DNA of 64,000 nt. It comes from the human T2T-CHM13v2.0 reference genome, Homo sapiens. A program made the translations under genes and the position numbers. Below are positions 44,344 through 56,772 of the stretch, piece after piece. Numbering within the stretch: position 1 is the first letter of the stretch; every line of letters starts with the position of its first letter. Under the pieces are notes generated by a model, which was given only the letters and a program-made list of their open reading frames with translations, searched no databases and was not told the DNA's origin. The stretch is taken from the NCBI RefSeq assembly GCF_009914755.1, contig NC_060926.1. The stretch is one strand, 5' to 3'.

Positions 44344-44578
44344 CAGGTTGAGTTCCCTCTTCCAAAATGCTTGGGACCAGAGTGTTTTGGATTTCAGATT
44401 TTTTTTTTTTTGATTTTGGAATATTTGCATTATACCAGTTCAGCATCCTTAATCTGAAAATCCAAAATCTGAGATGCTCCAATGAGCATTTTCTTTGAGC
44501 ATCATGTCTGTGCTCAAAAAGTTTCAGAGTTTGGAACATTCTGGATTTCAGACTTTTGGATTAGGGATGCTTAACCCC
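44344..44578. mobile_element. Tigger4a/MER46A-like Tc-mariner MITE
   Basis: TA-CAGGTTGAG...ccaaaatgcttgggaccaga...gattagggatgcttaacccc-TA; terminal inverted repeats with TA duplication. Confidence 0.88.
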
Positions 44579-45394
44579 TACCACATGATTGAATGTGCTT
44601 TTTTGATTAATTATCTCCTGTTTTGTTTTTGTTTTTGCCTTAGTATTGTCTTAGATACAGCGTGAGCTCCTGAAAGGCAGAAACCTTGTCATGTTTTTAT
44701 ACTCTCCTCCTTGGGCCCATGGAGTTTACAGAGCATCTAGGAAGTGCTCAAGGCACCCTCTGTGCTTGATTTGTTGGCCTTGTCTGTTTCCCTAATGGAT
44801 GGCTGATGCTCAGACTCTGCATAGGAAGCCTCATGGTGCAGTAAGGTTTGTCCTCTGCTCAGACCAGGGAGGTGGTTGAGATCACGGGCCCTGGAGATGA
44901 CTGCCTGGGTTCAGCTCTCTGTTCCACTGCTTACAAACAAACCATGGTAGCTTGGTCTAATGCCTAATGTCCTGTGTAGCATTTTGTCGTCTGTAAATTG
45001 GATGTGATAACAGTACCCACTAATTGAGTGGGAGTGATGATTTAATGAGACAATACATGTAACATGCTTTGAAGAATGTCTGGAGCGAAGTAAACACAAC
45101 GTACATCTGCTACTGTTCACATTTGCTCCATTTTTCTGGAATCCCTGATCTACTTTCTTCCACAGGTCAAATGGCCTGTAAGATTTTCCATTTGCAGTGT
45201 TTAGGATTTTGTTGCTGTCTGGTCTTCAATTCAAGCTGCTCATGGCTCAGTAATGCTCCTGGCTAGAGGCAGATCACTGTTGGGATTCAGGCATTCCTTT
45301 GGATATCCCTGACAATAGTTGTGATAATTACAACAGCTGTTACAGTTTAATAAGTGGTTTCATAGCCTTAATTCCCCTGATCTTCTTTCAGAGC

Positions 45395-45550
45395 CAGGGC
45401 TGCCCCATATGGTTGTGCAGGTTGTACACTGCTCAGCTGCAGCAGGCACCATTTACTTTGTAGTCTTTGTGAAAGGCGCCCCCTAGAGCTCTGCAATGCA
45501 GTGCTTTCCACTGCCACATGGTGGTGAACCTGCACACAGCTGCCGTATGA
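45395..45550. mobile_element. MER91-like palindromic hAT-Tip100 MITE
   Basis: cagggctgcc...ttgtgcaggttgtacactg left arm; ggcgccccctagag...aacctgcaca right arm. Confidence 0.7.
45476..45489 (-). promoter_or_regulatory. Candidate CTCF core motif
   Basis: Minus strand GCTCTAGGGGGCGC fits CCDSYAGRKGGCRS at 13/14; motif match only. Confidence 0.5.
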
Positions 45551-45711
45551 GGTTTGTGTTATTATTCTCATTTTTTGTTTCACTTTTTGTCTTTTTATTA
45601 GAGAGTTTAGTCAATTTACATTAAATGTTATCATCAATAAGAAAGAACTTACATCTGCCATTTTTTTATTTTTTTGGTTGTTTTGTGGTTTTCTCTTTCT
45701 TTTTTTCTCCC

Positions 45712-46130
45712 TGTATTAGTCTGTTCTCATGCTGCTAATAAAGACATACCCAAGACTGGGCAATTCACAAAGAAAAGGAGGTTTAATAGACTCACAGTTT
45801 CACATGGCTGGGGAAGCCTCACAATCATGGTGAAAGGCAGAGGAGGAGCAAAGGCATGTCTTATATGGGGGCAGGCAAGAGAGCTTGTGCAGGAGAACTG
45901 CACCCTATAGAACCATCAGATCTTGGGAGACTTATTCACTATCATGAGCATAGCACAGGAAAAACCTGCCCCCATGATTGAACTATCTTTACCTTGTCCC
46001 TCCCCTGACAGGTTGGGATTATGGGAATTACAATTCAAGATGAGATTTGGGTAGAGACACAGCCAAACCGTATCATTCCATCCCTGCCCCTGCCAAATCT
46101 CATGTCCTCACAATTCAAAATACAACCATG
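45712..46130 (-). mobile_element. THE1C-like 3' LTR (45712-46075) plus ~55 bp of adjacent internal sequence
   Basis: Reverse complement of a THE1 LTR (tgtattagtc...agccaaaccgtatca) followed by the reverse complement of the internal 3' end seen at ~43430-43487. Confidence 0.9.
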
Positions 46131-46285
46131 TCCAGGCAGAAGTTTGCTGCAGGGGAGGGGTCTCATGTAGAAACTCTGCTCGGGCAGTGCAGAAGGGAAA
46201 TATGGGGTTGGAGCCCCCACACAGAGTCCCTACTTTGGCACTGCCCAGTGGAGCTGTGAGAAGAGGGCCACCAACCTCCAGACCC
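46128..46285 (+). mobile_element. THE1 internal fragment, inverted relative to the adjacent LTR
   Basis: Aligns in direct orientation to 42838-42995 of the THE1B internal region (atgtccaggcagaa...gggcca...ctccagaccc). Confidence 0.9.
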
Positions 46286-48804
46286 TATATTAAAAACAAA
46301 ACTGTGGCTTAAGGGATTTTTAAAAATATAAAATACAAAGAAAAAGATTTTACCATAAGTCCACGAATGCTTCTAATAGTCTGTGTATTTTGTCAGTTAC
46401 CAGGAAATTACCCTGGAGAGAAGCAAACAATCAATTTCAAACTGTTTGCCTTTATTGCATCTTCTTCTCCACCCTCGCATTGAGAAATGGAAAATCCAAT
46501 AACTAATAAAGAGCACTGTAAAGTCCTTTCCCTTTGTCGAAAGGATTTAATCATTGGAGTGAACTCCACAAATATTTGTGCTGTAGATGAGAGAGTGAGT
46601 CAGCGAATGTGGTGTTTCCTTGCTCCAAGTCTCCTTGGAGTTTTCTACAGGGATTTTGGGTAACAGGGTAGCTCTGAACTGGGTAGATCTGTCTGTCAAG
46701 AGGAACGCTCTAGAAAGCTCAGGACTCTCCTGCACAGGGCTTAGCCCACTGTGCTCAGGCCCCTGGGGACTCAGCGGATGCATGACTGTTGAATTTGGAG
46801 CCTGTCTCTGGTCCCAGGGTTCTATCTGTGTTTGCCAGCATTCACTGGGATGTAGACTGAGGCTCAGACAATCTACCAGCTACCCATTTTCCATGGGAAA
46901 GCTTATCAATGTACATAGATAGAGGCTATTTTCAGAACTCATGGCTTTGATTGTTCCCATTCTCCCCTTGCAGTTTGCCTTTGAGTGGGGTCCGCCAGGG
47001 TCTCGGAAATAGATAACTGTTTCCTATTTTTCCCTGGTATCTGGCCTGCATCACAGGTCCTCCCCATCCAGCCGCTACATTACCTTTCCTAAAACACAGC
47101 GGGGAGTGTTTGACCTTTGTCAAACACTAATTACTTGAAAGAAGAAGTTTCTTAGCAGAATCTCAAAGCTCTTGATAATCCATAATCTGATCCCAGCTTC
47201 CTTCACACCAACCTCATCTCTGCCACGTGGTCTCCACAAACTTCCGCTGCACCAGACCATGTGTAAGTCTTAGCCTTCCTCCCTCTGTCCTGCACGGGCT
47301 GTGTCTTCTGCTGTGGTGCCCTGCCTTCTCTGCTTTTTCGCCTTCAGTAGCTTGTTCTCTTACGCTTAATATGGTCAGTACCAATTTCTCACACTTTTTT
47401 ATGTGGAATCCATTCCAATTGAGAAAACATCTCTCTTTATAAATATTTCACCCTGCTGCACACCAGAGACAGTCAGCTTCCATGCATCTTTTAATCAGAC
47501 TTCTCTTAGATGCTACTAAGGGTCCGTTTCTGTGTTTGAGTCTCTCTTCTCCAGTACATTACTAGGTTGTTGAGGGCAAGAGACATTATTTATACAACTC
47601 TGACTCCTTCATGGGAGTCAGGCCAGGCCTGGTGTATGACTTACCAAATTAAATTGAATTTCTAAACCATCTAAACATATTTCTTCCATGATGACAGGGG
47701 AGGTTAATTATGTGTGTTTATAAGTTGGCTGTTGCCAGGAGACACGGAGGCGATCACTTGTCAGCATTGCTCTTTGGAAATGAAACTGAAGGCAGTTGGA
47801 AGCTGGTGAACCGCTCTCTGGCAATTAGACTGGCAGGCTACCAAATGTAGCAATGGCAGGCAGGAGGCATCATCAGCTCTTACCCTGTGTCTCTGCCTGG
47901 CTTTGTTCCCAAGAGAATGTCCAACCAGAGCTGACACTGGGAAGCTCATAGATTCAGAATGCTATCACCAATTCAGGACAAAGATGGCAGTGGGGAGAGG
48001 AGCCATATATCCTACCAGCTCCTGGGATGGGTTAGTGCTGCAGCTTCGGTGGAATTCATGTGACCCCAGAGGGATAGATAGGGACAAGACAGACATTTTC
48101 TTCTATGGAAGGCTCCAGGTGGGCCACACACTTGGTCCTCACTGAGGTAATCATTCCATCCAGCAATGCAGCTCTCTGGCAGTTGCTTTGTAGCCTTTCC
48201 CTTGAAAAAGGCTGGGTAAGGACTGACTTGGTCTCAAGTCACTGTCTTAGATGCCTTGCATCCCCTTCCTCCTTTAGTTGTTGGAATCCTCACTCTCTTT
48301 TGCTTTCAGGAAAATGCTCTCCAGTCCCTCCATTACAAACAGAAGTTTTGAAAGAACAACAACAACAAAAAAGCTCTCCCAGGGGAGTTTACATTTTGAC
48401 TGAGAGTAAACTAAACAAATAGTGCATAAGTGGTTGAATTCAGAGCAGCAAGCATCAGAAAAAGGAAATCTGGGAGAGGACTGCATGGCATTTATGTTAC
48501 CATTGAAATCACACCATAGATTGGCTTCTTCCTTAATCTATATGTACAGAGGCATCTGTCTACCACACTTATTGACATATTGAAAAGATTCAATAGATGT
48601 TTGCTGAACTCAGCTGTTAAATTTTAGGAAAATAAACCTGACCATGTTTTAAGATCCTCTACTGGTACTGTAGCATTATGAAGGTTAAAAAGAACGTAGG
48701 AATAAATGCTTTCTGGCTCAACTGCTAGACCAACTGACAAGACAGACAGAGAGGAAGCAATAATACTAGCAGCAGCAGCAGTAGTAGTAATAATAATCAT
48801 AACA

Positions 48805-50137
48805 GAAGAAGAACATATAGGGAAAAAGCTTCTTGACATTGGCCTTGGCAATGATTTCTCGGATATGAAACAGGCAACAAAAGCAAAAATAGATGAGTGG
48901 GATTATATGAAACTAAAAAGCTTCTGCAAAGCAAAGGAAATAATCAATGAAATGAAAAGACAACCTAAAAATGCGAGAAAATATTTGTAAACCACATCTG
49001 ATAAGGGATTAACATTCAAACCATAAGGAACTCATATAACTCAATAGCAAAAAATCAAATAATCAGATTAAAAAATTGATAAAGGAACTAGTAGACATTT
49101 CTCTAAAGAAGACATACAAATGGCCGACAGATATATGAAAATGTACTCAACATCACTAATTATCAATGAAATGCAAATGAAAACCACAATAAGATATCAC
49201 CTCACACCTGTTAGATTGCTTATTCTCAAAAAGATGAAAGGCAAATGTTGGTGAGGATATGGATAAAAAGGGAACCCTGTACGCTGTTGGTAGGAATGTA
49301 AATTGGTGCAGCCACTATGGAAAATGGGTATGGAGGTTTCTCAAAACAAAAACTAAAACTAAAACAAACATACCAAAAAAAAAAAAGCCCCCAAAACAAC
49401 CTAACATTAAACCTACCCTGTGAACCAGCAGTCTCTCTCACTTCTGGGTATATACTCAAAGGAATTAGGATCTTGAAGAGATGTCTGTACTCCTACGTTC
49501 ATTGTAACATCACATCACCCAAGATGTGGAAGCAACCTGAATGTTTATTGATGGATGAATGGTTAAAGAAAATGTGGTATATGCATAGAATGGAATATTA
49601 TTTGGGGCATAAAAAGAAAAAAAAATCCTGTCATTTTCAACAACATGGATGAACCTGGAGGGCATTGTGTTAAGTGAAATATGCCAAACACGGAAGAACA
49701 AATACTGTATGATCTCACTTATGTGTGGAATTAAAAATAGTCAAACTTATAAAAGAAGAGAATAGAATGGTGGTTGTCAGGGGTTGGGGGGAGGCGGAAA
49801 CTGGAGTTACTAGTCAAAGGCTACTAAGATTTAGTTACACAAGATGAATATAGATCATAGAGACCCACTGCACAGAATAATGCCTATAATAGACAAAACT
49901 GTATTGCATACTTAAAATGTACTAAGAAAGATCTTATATTAACTGTTCTTATTACTACTACTACTAATAAATAAAGATGGTGGAGAAGACTTTTGGAGGT
50001 GATGGATATGTTTATGGCATGAATTTTGGTGATGGTTTCACACATGTGTGCTTATTTCCAAATGCATTAAGTTCTATACATTGAATATGTACAGCTTTCT
50101 GTATGTCAATGATACCTCAATAAGGTGGTTAAAAAAT
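48805..50137 (+). mobile_element. 5'-truncated L1MA/L1MB element
   Basis: ORF2-like EEHIGKKLLDIGLGNDF..KAKIDEWDYMKLKSFC; 3'UTR ending tacctcaataaggtggttaaaaaa. Confidence 0.88.
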
Positions 50138-51064
50138 AGTAACTTCCATTTTTTGAACAGCTACTATGTGCCAAGAACTTCACATAGTTTTTCACATTTA
50201 TTTCTTGCAATAACTCTGTGAGGTTATAAGTATGTCCATTTTACAAATGAAAGAAGCAAAACAGTTTAAATAACTGTTTAACAAAAGTATTTAAAAAATA
50301 AGAGCCAAGATTTTAAGCATAGTCAGTTTGAAAAAGCTAGTATTTTTTTCTATGACGCCATGATGCTGCATTAACCATGGCAAGGCTAAGATGAAGGGAG
50401 GAGGAGAAACACAGATTCCAGAGTTGTGTGTTTAGAGGATGTAGAGATAAGGCGTTTGTTGCAGTTGGCCCAAGAGGACATTATAGAGGCTTTGTTTTGG
50501 CTTTACATGAGAAATGTTTTCTTTTTCTTTCTTTCTTTTCTAAAGATTCCTTTGCAGTTCTATTTATTCATAGAATATGTATTTCTAAGGATGTAGAGTT
50601 AGGGAACTGTGTTCAAAAGTCCCTTGAAATAATATATGAGGAACAATTCTGTAAGAGTTTTGAGAATGAACTAAACACAGGGCTGGCACATTTCCAGGTT
50701 CACGTTGACCTGATGAATGAATAAAGACATACAAAAGCAGAGGGGACACCTAGACCACCTACACTATGTCTGGGGTTGAACTTTCCATTAACATTGGTTT
50801 TAAACATTGTAAAGATTTTAACATTTTAATCTTTCAAGATCTTGCTTATAGTCATTAGTTATTCCAATTATGCTGTTCTGGTCTAGATCACAGCCCAGTT
50901 ATTTAATACAAGTGCTCATCATTGCATTAAATCTCGTGGCTTCCTGAAACGACAGCTGCCTTCTGGCTGGGACTGATCTTAGATGAAGCCTCATTCCTGA
51001 GATGCTGGGCAGCCATCATATCCCCAGAGTCAGGGAGAATTTAGTTGGCAATGGATGCGCATGA

Positions 51065-51580
51065 AGTAATTCATTTAACAAATTTATTAGCACTATTTAC
51101 TATGTGTCTGGCACTGTTCTAAGATCTGTAGATAAGGGAAAGTGAACTCTGCTCATATTTGAATGGGAGCTCATATTCTAATGGGCTGGGCAGATAAAGA
51201 GCTGCATGAGTAAGTGTGCTGATTTTAGATAGAGGTGAGCACCACAAAAACAGTCACAGGTGAGGCAATGCCAGGGGATACTTTAAATGAGGTGGTCAGT
51301 GAGGGCCTTCTGGAGGAGGTGACATTTGATCTGAGATTTGAGTGATCTGAGATTTGAATGAAAGGGGAGAAAAGGCCATGCAGACAGCATGGCAAATACA
51401 ATGGCTTTGGAGTGGAAACGAGCTTGGAGGGTTTGAGGAACTGAAAAACGAGCTGGTGCATCGGCCTGAGAGGGAGGTTAGATCAAGTGGATCCCCATCA
51501 GCCAGGGAAGGAGGATTGGTATGTTATTCTGACTGCAATGGAAACTCCTGGAAGGTTTAGCAAAGGATTGACATGATTCA
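51065..51580 (-). mobile_element. L2 3' region
   Basis: attcatttaacaaatttatt..tactatgtgtctggcactgttctaag; gggccttctggaggaggtgacatttga. Confidence 0.75.
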
Positions 51581-52851
51581 AGTTTGTTTACTTATTTTTT
51601 TTAAAGAAAATAAAATTTTATTTTAAATTAAACTATAAAATGATATGTATTTTTTTCATTGCAATATAGGCACATCATGGAGAATTTAAAAGACAAAGCC
51701 CACAAACCTAAGAAATTATACTTCTCAAATCATCCACAGAAAACTGCTCTTGGATGCTAAATTTCTACTTTAATCAAATTCTGATTTCAGTAGCATTTCC
51801 TGAATGTGCATTTGTGCCAGTCACCATACTGAGAGTGTGTCTGTGTGTACGTATCTATATCTATATAGATATAGATAGATATACAAATTAATCTTCACCT
51901 CGCTACTGGAGGGATATGCTGTCATTCCCGTTTTGCAAATGGAAAAGTCATAGCACAGAGAGAAACTTGTTCCAAGTCACGTCATTGGCTATTCAAGTTT
52001 AACTTAGTTTAGGGCCAAGATTTGAATCAGAGTTGGCTCCACATTTTCTACTCCTTCCACTCTGCAATGTTATCTCACACATAAAATCATGGCCTTAAGA
52101 AGTTTTAATTAATGAAATTATCTCAAGATTGGGAAACCCAAGATATATTTGTACTGGCTTTCATTTCTTCATGCAGCTTTCTTGCCAGGGCTCCCCCAGC
52201 CTCATCTGTGCTGTCCCTGCAGTCCTTGTGCCAGGTCCTGTGACCTCCATAGATGCTACAGATGGAGGAGCTCACTGGGCAAGCTGCTCCTGGCTCCCGG
52301 GTCACTTGCAGGTATTCCTCATATAGTGCATTGCCTTCTGGCTGCTCTGTAGGCTTCCTACTTAGGGCTTCTCTGCTGCACAGAGTGCTGCAAGACACAC
52401 TTGGCACCCAAGTGTGAGCAACTCAGAAGACACGGACAGCCTGAAGCAGAAAGTGTTCCATGGGGTCCTCACTTGTCCTGGTGACATAGTCCAGTTAGAT
52501 ACAAAACCAGTTTTGTGCTATAATGTTAGAAGTGCAAACCTAAGCACTCAAAAATCTCTGCATCTGAAAAAAGAAATTGAGTATTCAACATCCAGTCTCA
52601 AAGAACATGTTAACATATGATATCCTCTGGCAAACGGTATAGGAATTATAGTGATTTGGTAAAACATTTCAGAAGTTTGTGTGAGGTCATATAACCCCTA
52701 AAGGAAGGAAAAGCTTTTGGGCTTTCCTCAAGGCTACACAAACAACTTCCTCCCCTCGGTCACTTTTCCTCATCTTGAAAAATTAGTCTCAAGAAAGGAA
52801 AAAATATATATAAACAAGTTTTTCACAAACTGATCAAATATGACTTTTAGA

Positions 52852-52891
52852 AATGGTGTCAAAAACCACAATTACTTTTGCACCAACCTAT
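52852..52891. mobile_element. Half MADE1 (Hsmar1 MITE)
   Basis: aaaaaccacaattacttttgcaccaaccta matches one Hsmar1/MADE1 terminal repeat; no partner arm nearby. Confidence 0.8.
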
Positions 52892-55413
52892 TAGTAAAAT
52901 AGAAACATAACTTCAGATACAGAAACCAAAGCATTAACCAGATACAGAGCTCCGTGGTATTAGACTATTAGTACAAAGTGAAAAAAAAAAAAGGAATTGA
53001 ATCACCAAAGTTTACTCAGGAACAAAATTCATTTATTTTTCAAAAGCAGGTTAATTCTCCATCGCAGTGAATGGTTGCTTTTTCCCATTTACAAAATCAG
53101 GGCTCCCTTATTAAGCCAGAGTACTCTTCCAGGACAATAATGAAGAATAATGCAACTTTTTATTGCCTCTGGGCTATGTCTGTGCACAGATGGCCTTGAA
53201 AATAAAACAGTATTTTGGACTGAATTCAGTTTGTTTTCTTGTTTTTCTAACCTGACTCCTGTGAATACAAGCAATGCCATATTATTCAGCTCCCAAGGAG
53301 CCCCTTAAGATAAATGAGAGAGACAACCCCTCATGCACACATCCTTTACATTTATATTGACAACCTATAAATACATGTTTATGCAAATCTGCCAACTAGT
53401 TATGTATTGTGGCAATCCATAGGAATACATTTTACACTCTACATAGATTAAGCTTCACTGCTGCTGAATCTTTCTGAAATATGGCCCTTGGCTCAACTGA
53501 TACTCAATGGTCTCTGCAGCTTAAATGTCATCAATTTTGCGTTTTCTGTGGCCTAAGTCCTCTGTGGTATAAGTTCTGTGGTCTCTGTCCTGTACTTTAC
53601 ACCTCCTCCCTCAGAAAATGGATCAGAGTGGTCTTGAAGACCATCCCTGAGAAACATTAGCTTTTTCAGTTGACTTTATTGACCCCTGGGGGCTGCCATC
53701 TTGGAGACATCCAAAATTCTCTGGAGGCATTCAGAATATTAAATGGCAGAGGTGGTGCTAAATTCTCTTAATCATGTTCTGGGGCAAATCATTGAAAAAT
53801 TTTATGCATGTTACTTCCAGGTTCATAAATCTTCAATGGTTTCTTATATTCAAAAGATAAAAATTGCTAACCTGGCAGCCAAGTCTTCTTCCACATAGGG
53901 TTGTTCATACATCAGATATTTATTGAGGGGCTACTAAGCATTGTGCTATGGGTCATCAGGATCCCTGGCCTCACAGCCCTGACAGTCTGTGGGAAGCAAA
54001 TAATTGTACAACCAAGTATTTAATTGCATCAGTAATATATGTCGTGATGAAGAAGTTCAGGGGGATCTGGGGGCTCCTAACTAAGGATTCAGTCAACTCC
54101 AGGAGGTTCTGGGCCTTGACAAAAATTCTATTTGAAGAATTTTGGTTTTTACCAAAGGAGAGATTGGAAGCCACTGTGGGCTTTCAAACAGGGAAATAGA
54201 TGATTAATTTTGTGGTTAAACATATTGCTCTGGTTACAATTTAAAAGATAGAGATTTGAAAGCCAAGAAGCCAGTCAGGAATCTGTGAGAAGGGTCTGGG
54301 TGGGAATAGAGGGAGATTTTGGATGAAAGTGATAATGTTGGAGAAGCTTAGAAGTGAATGAAGCTGTGTCGTTTTAAAATTAACAGAACCTTTAGTTATC
54401 TCTTTAACCTAACCCCCCCCTTACTTGTTTATTTAAATTTTATAATTTTCCTTTTGAAACTCTTCTTAAGAACAAGGACAGAAAGAAAGGGATGACTTCC
54501 TCTTTGTCACAGGAATGATGCCAATTTCAGGCATAGGAGGCCACTGGCCCTCAATGTCACTCTGGGTGAAAGAGGTGATTCTTTCTTATTTCTGATATTC
54601 CTAAGCCCCGTGAGAAGCTGACCTCTCTGTCTAAGAGGATGCTGTCTCAGGTAAAGAAGAATGAATTTTTGGCCAATCATATTTGATTATTTTATTACTT
54701 TTTAGCCACTCAAACCACCTTTATGGAAACTGATCAAAACTATTTTAAGAAAAAAATCTATGAAAGAAAATGCCGGGAGTTTGAACCCCACTCACTCAGA
54801 ATTTTGGCCAATTCACACAGGAGCTAAGCTAAATGAGCACTTGAAAAAGGATTTGATAGGTTTTGAGAAAGGGGGTTTAGTAAGCAGATTCATACTGTAA
54901 ACAGAAATACATGGGCCAAGGAGAACACTGGATAAATGCCCCCAGCTCAACTTTTTACTGGTTGTGTGTCCAGGAAAGTAAACTTAACACTATGAGGCCT
55001 GTATGGACTCATAGTATTGACCTTACAGGGATCTGTAAAGGTAGATGAGGTGATGCATGCAACATAATTTGCACAATTTCTGGTACGACATAAGCACCCA
55101 AAAGATAATCGTTTCTCTTGTTTTGAAATATTCATGCTTGTCAAAACAATCAAAGGAGCAAATGCAAATTATTTTCTATTTCCTCAAGTTGGCACATAAA
55201 AGATCTATGAAGCTAAAGACCAAATAGATAAGCCCTCATTAGCCTTACTAACTTATGCATATGGGAAATTTGGATGTCATAAGCCATTAAGAGTTCTCGA
55301 GTTTGGGCTTCAAGGTTATTAGTACTTCCCCAGTACACTCACATCAATAATGCTTGCAAAATTGACTGTTAGTATTTCCACACAAGGATTTTCTTTGTGC
55401 TTAAGATCATTGC

Positions 55414-56772
55414 ATGAGGGAAAGGACAGTCTCTTTAATAAATGGTGTTGGGAAAACCAGATAACCATATGCAGAAGAATAAAACTAGACCCCTATCTCT
55501 CATCATATAAAAATCAAATCACAGTGGATTGGAGACTTAAATCTAATACCTAAGACTATGAAACTGTTAGAAAAAAGAATCAAAAGATTTTTTCAGGACA
55601 TTGGTTTGGGCAAAGACTTTTTGGGTAAGAGCTCAAAAACATAGGCAAGGAAAGCAAAAATGGATAAATGGAATAACATCAAGCTAAAAAGATTCTGTAC
55701 AGCAGAGGTAACAAGCAACAGAGTAAAGAGACAATCTAAAGAATAGGAGAAAATATTTGCAAACAATCCATGTGACAAGGGATTAATAACCAGAATATAT
55801 AAGGAACTCAATAGCATAAAAGCAAATAATCCAATTAAAAATGGTCAAAAGATCTGCATAGACATTTCTCAAAAGAAGACACACAAATGACTAGTAGGTA
55901 TATGAAAAAATGTTCAACATCTCTAATATGAGAGAAAAAAGCCACAAAACAGTAAATGTCCCCTCACCTTAAAATGGCTTTAATGAAAAGACAAATAGTA
56001 ATGGATTTTGGCAAGGATGTGGAGAAAGGGGAATGCTCATACACTGCTGGTGGAAATGTGAATTGGTATAACCGCTATGGAAAACACTATAGAGGTTCCT
56101 CAAAACACTACAAAATAGAACTATCATATGTTCCAGCAATCCCACTACTAGGTATATATCCAGAAGGAAGGAAATTGGGATAGCGAAGAAATATTTGCAC
56201 TCCAATGTTTATCGGAGCAATATTCACAATAGCTAAGATATGGAAACAACCTGTGTCCATCAATAAATGAATGGATAAAGAAAATGTGGTATAGAGGCAC
56301 AAATATTATACAGCCATAAAAAGAATGGAATCTTGTCATTTGCAGCAACATGGATGGAACTGGAGGTCATTATATTAAGTGACCAGGTACAGAAATAAGC
56401 CAGGCACAGGAAGATAAATACCTACAATTATATGTGGGAGTTAAAAACTGGGATCTTATGGAGAGAGTTGATTGCTGTTTACCAGAGGCTGGGAAGGGTA
56501 GAGGGGAAATGATGAGAGGTTGGTTAATGGGTAAAAAAAAATACATTTATATAGGAGTAAGATCTAGTGTTCGATAGTACAGTAGGGTGACTACAGTTAA
56601 TGACAATGTACTGTACAGTTCAAAATAACTAGAAGAATTAAAATGTTCCCAACACTAAGAGGATATAAATGTTTGAGGTGATTAATAACCCAGTTATTTT
56701 ATCTGATCATTACAAACTATATGCATGTATCAAACTATCACATGTACCCCCCAAATATGTCCAACTATTATA
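55414..56772 (+). mobile_element. 5'-truncated L1MA element without poly(A) tail
   Basis: ORF2-like [13 protein letters not shown]; L1MA 3'UTR; 12-bp TSD TAAGATCATTGC at 55402-55413 and 56773-56784. Confidence 0.9.

Noticed and set aside
48765-48812. Compound CAG/TAG/TAA/GAA triplet ladder giving an AAAAVVVIIII peptide
   Set aside because: Decayed microsatellite at an L1/MIR boundary; not coding
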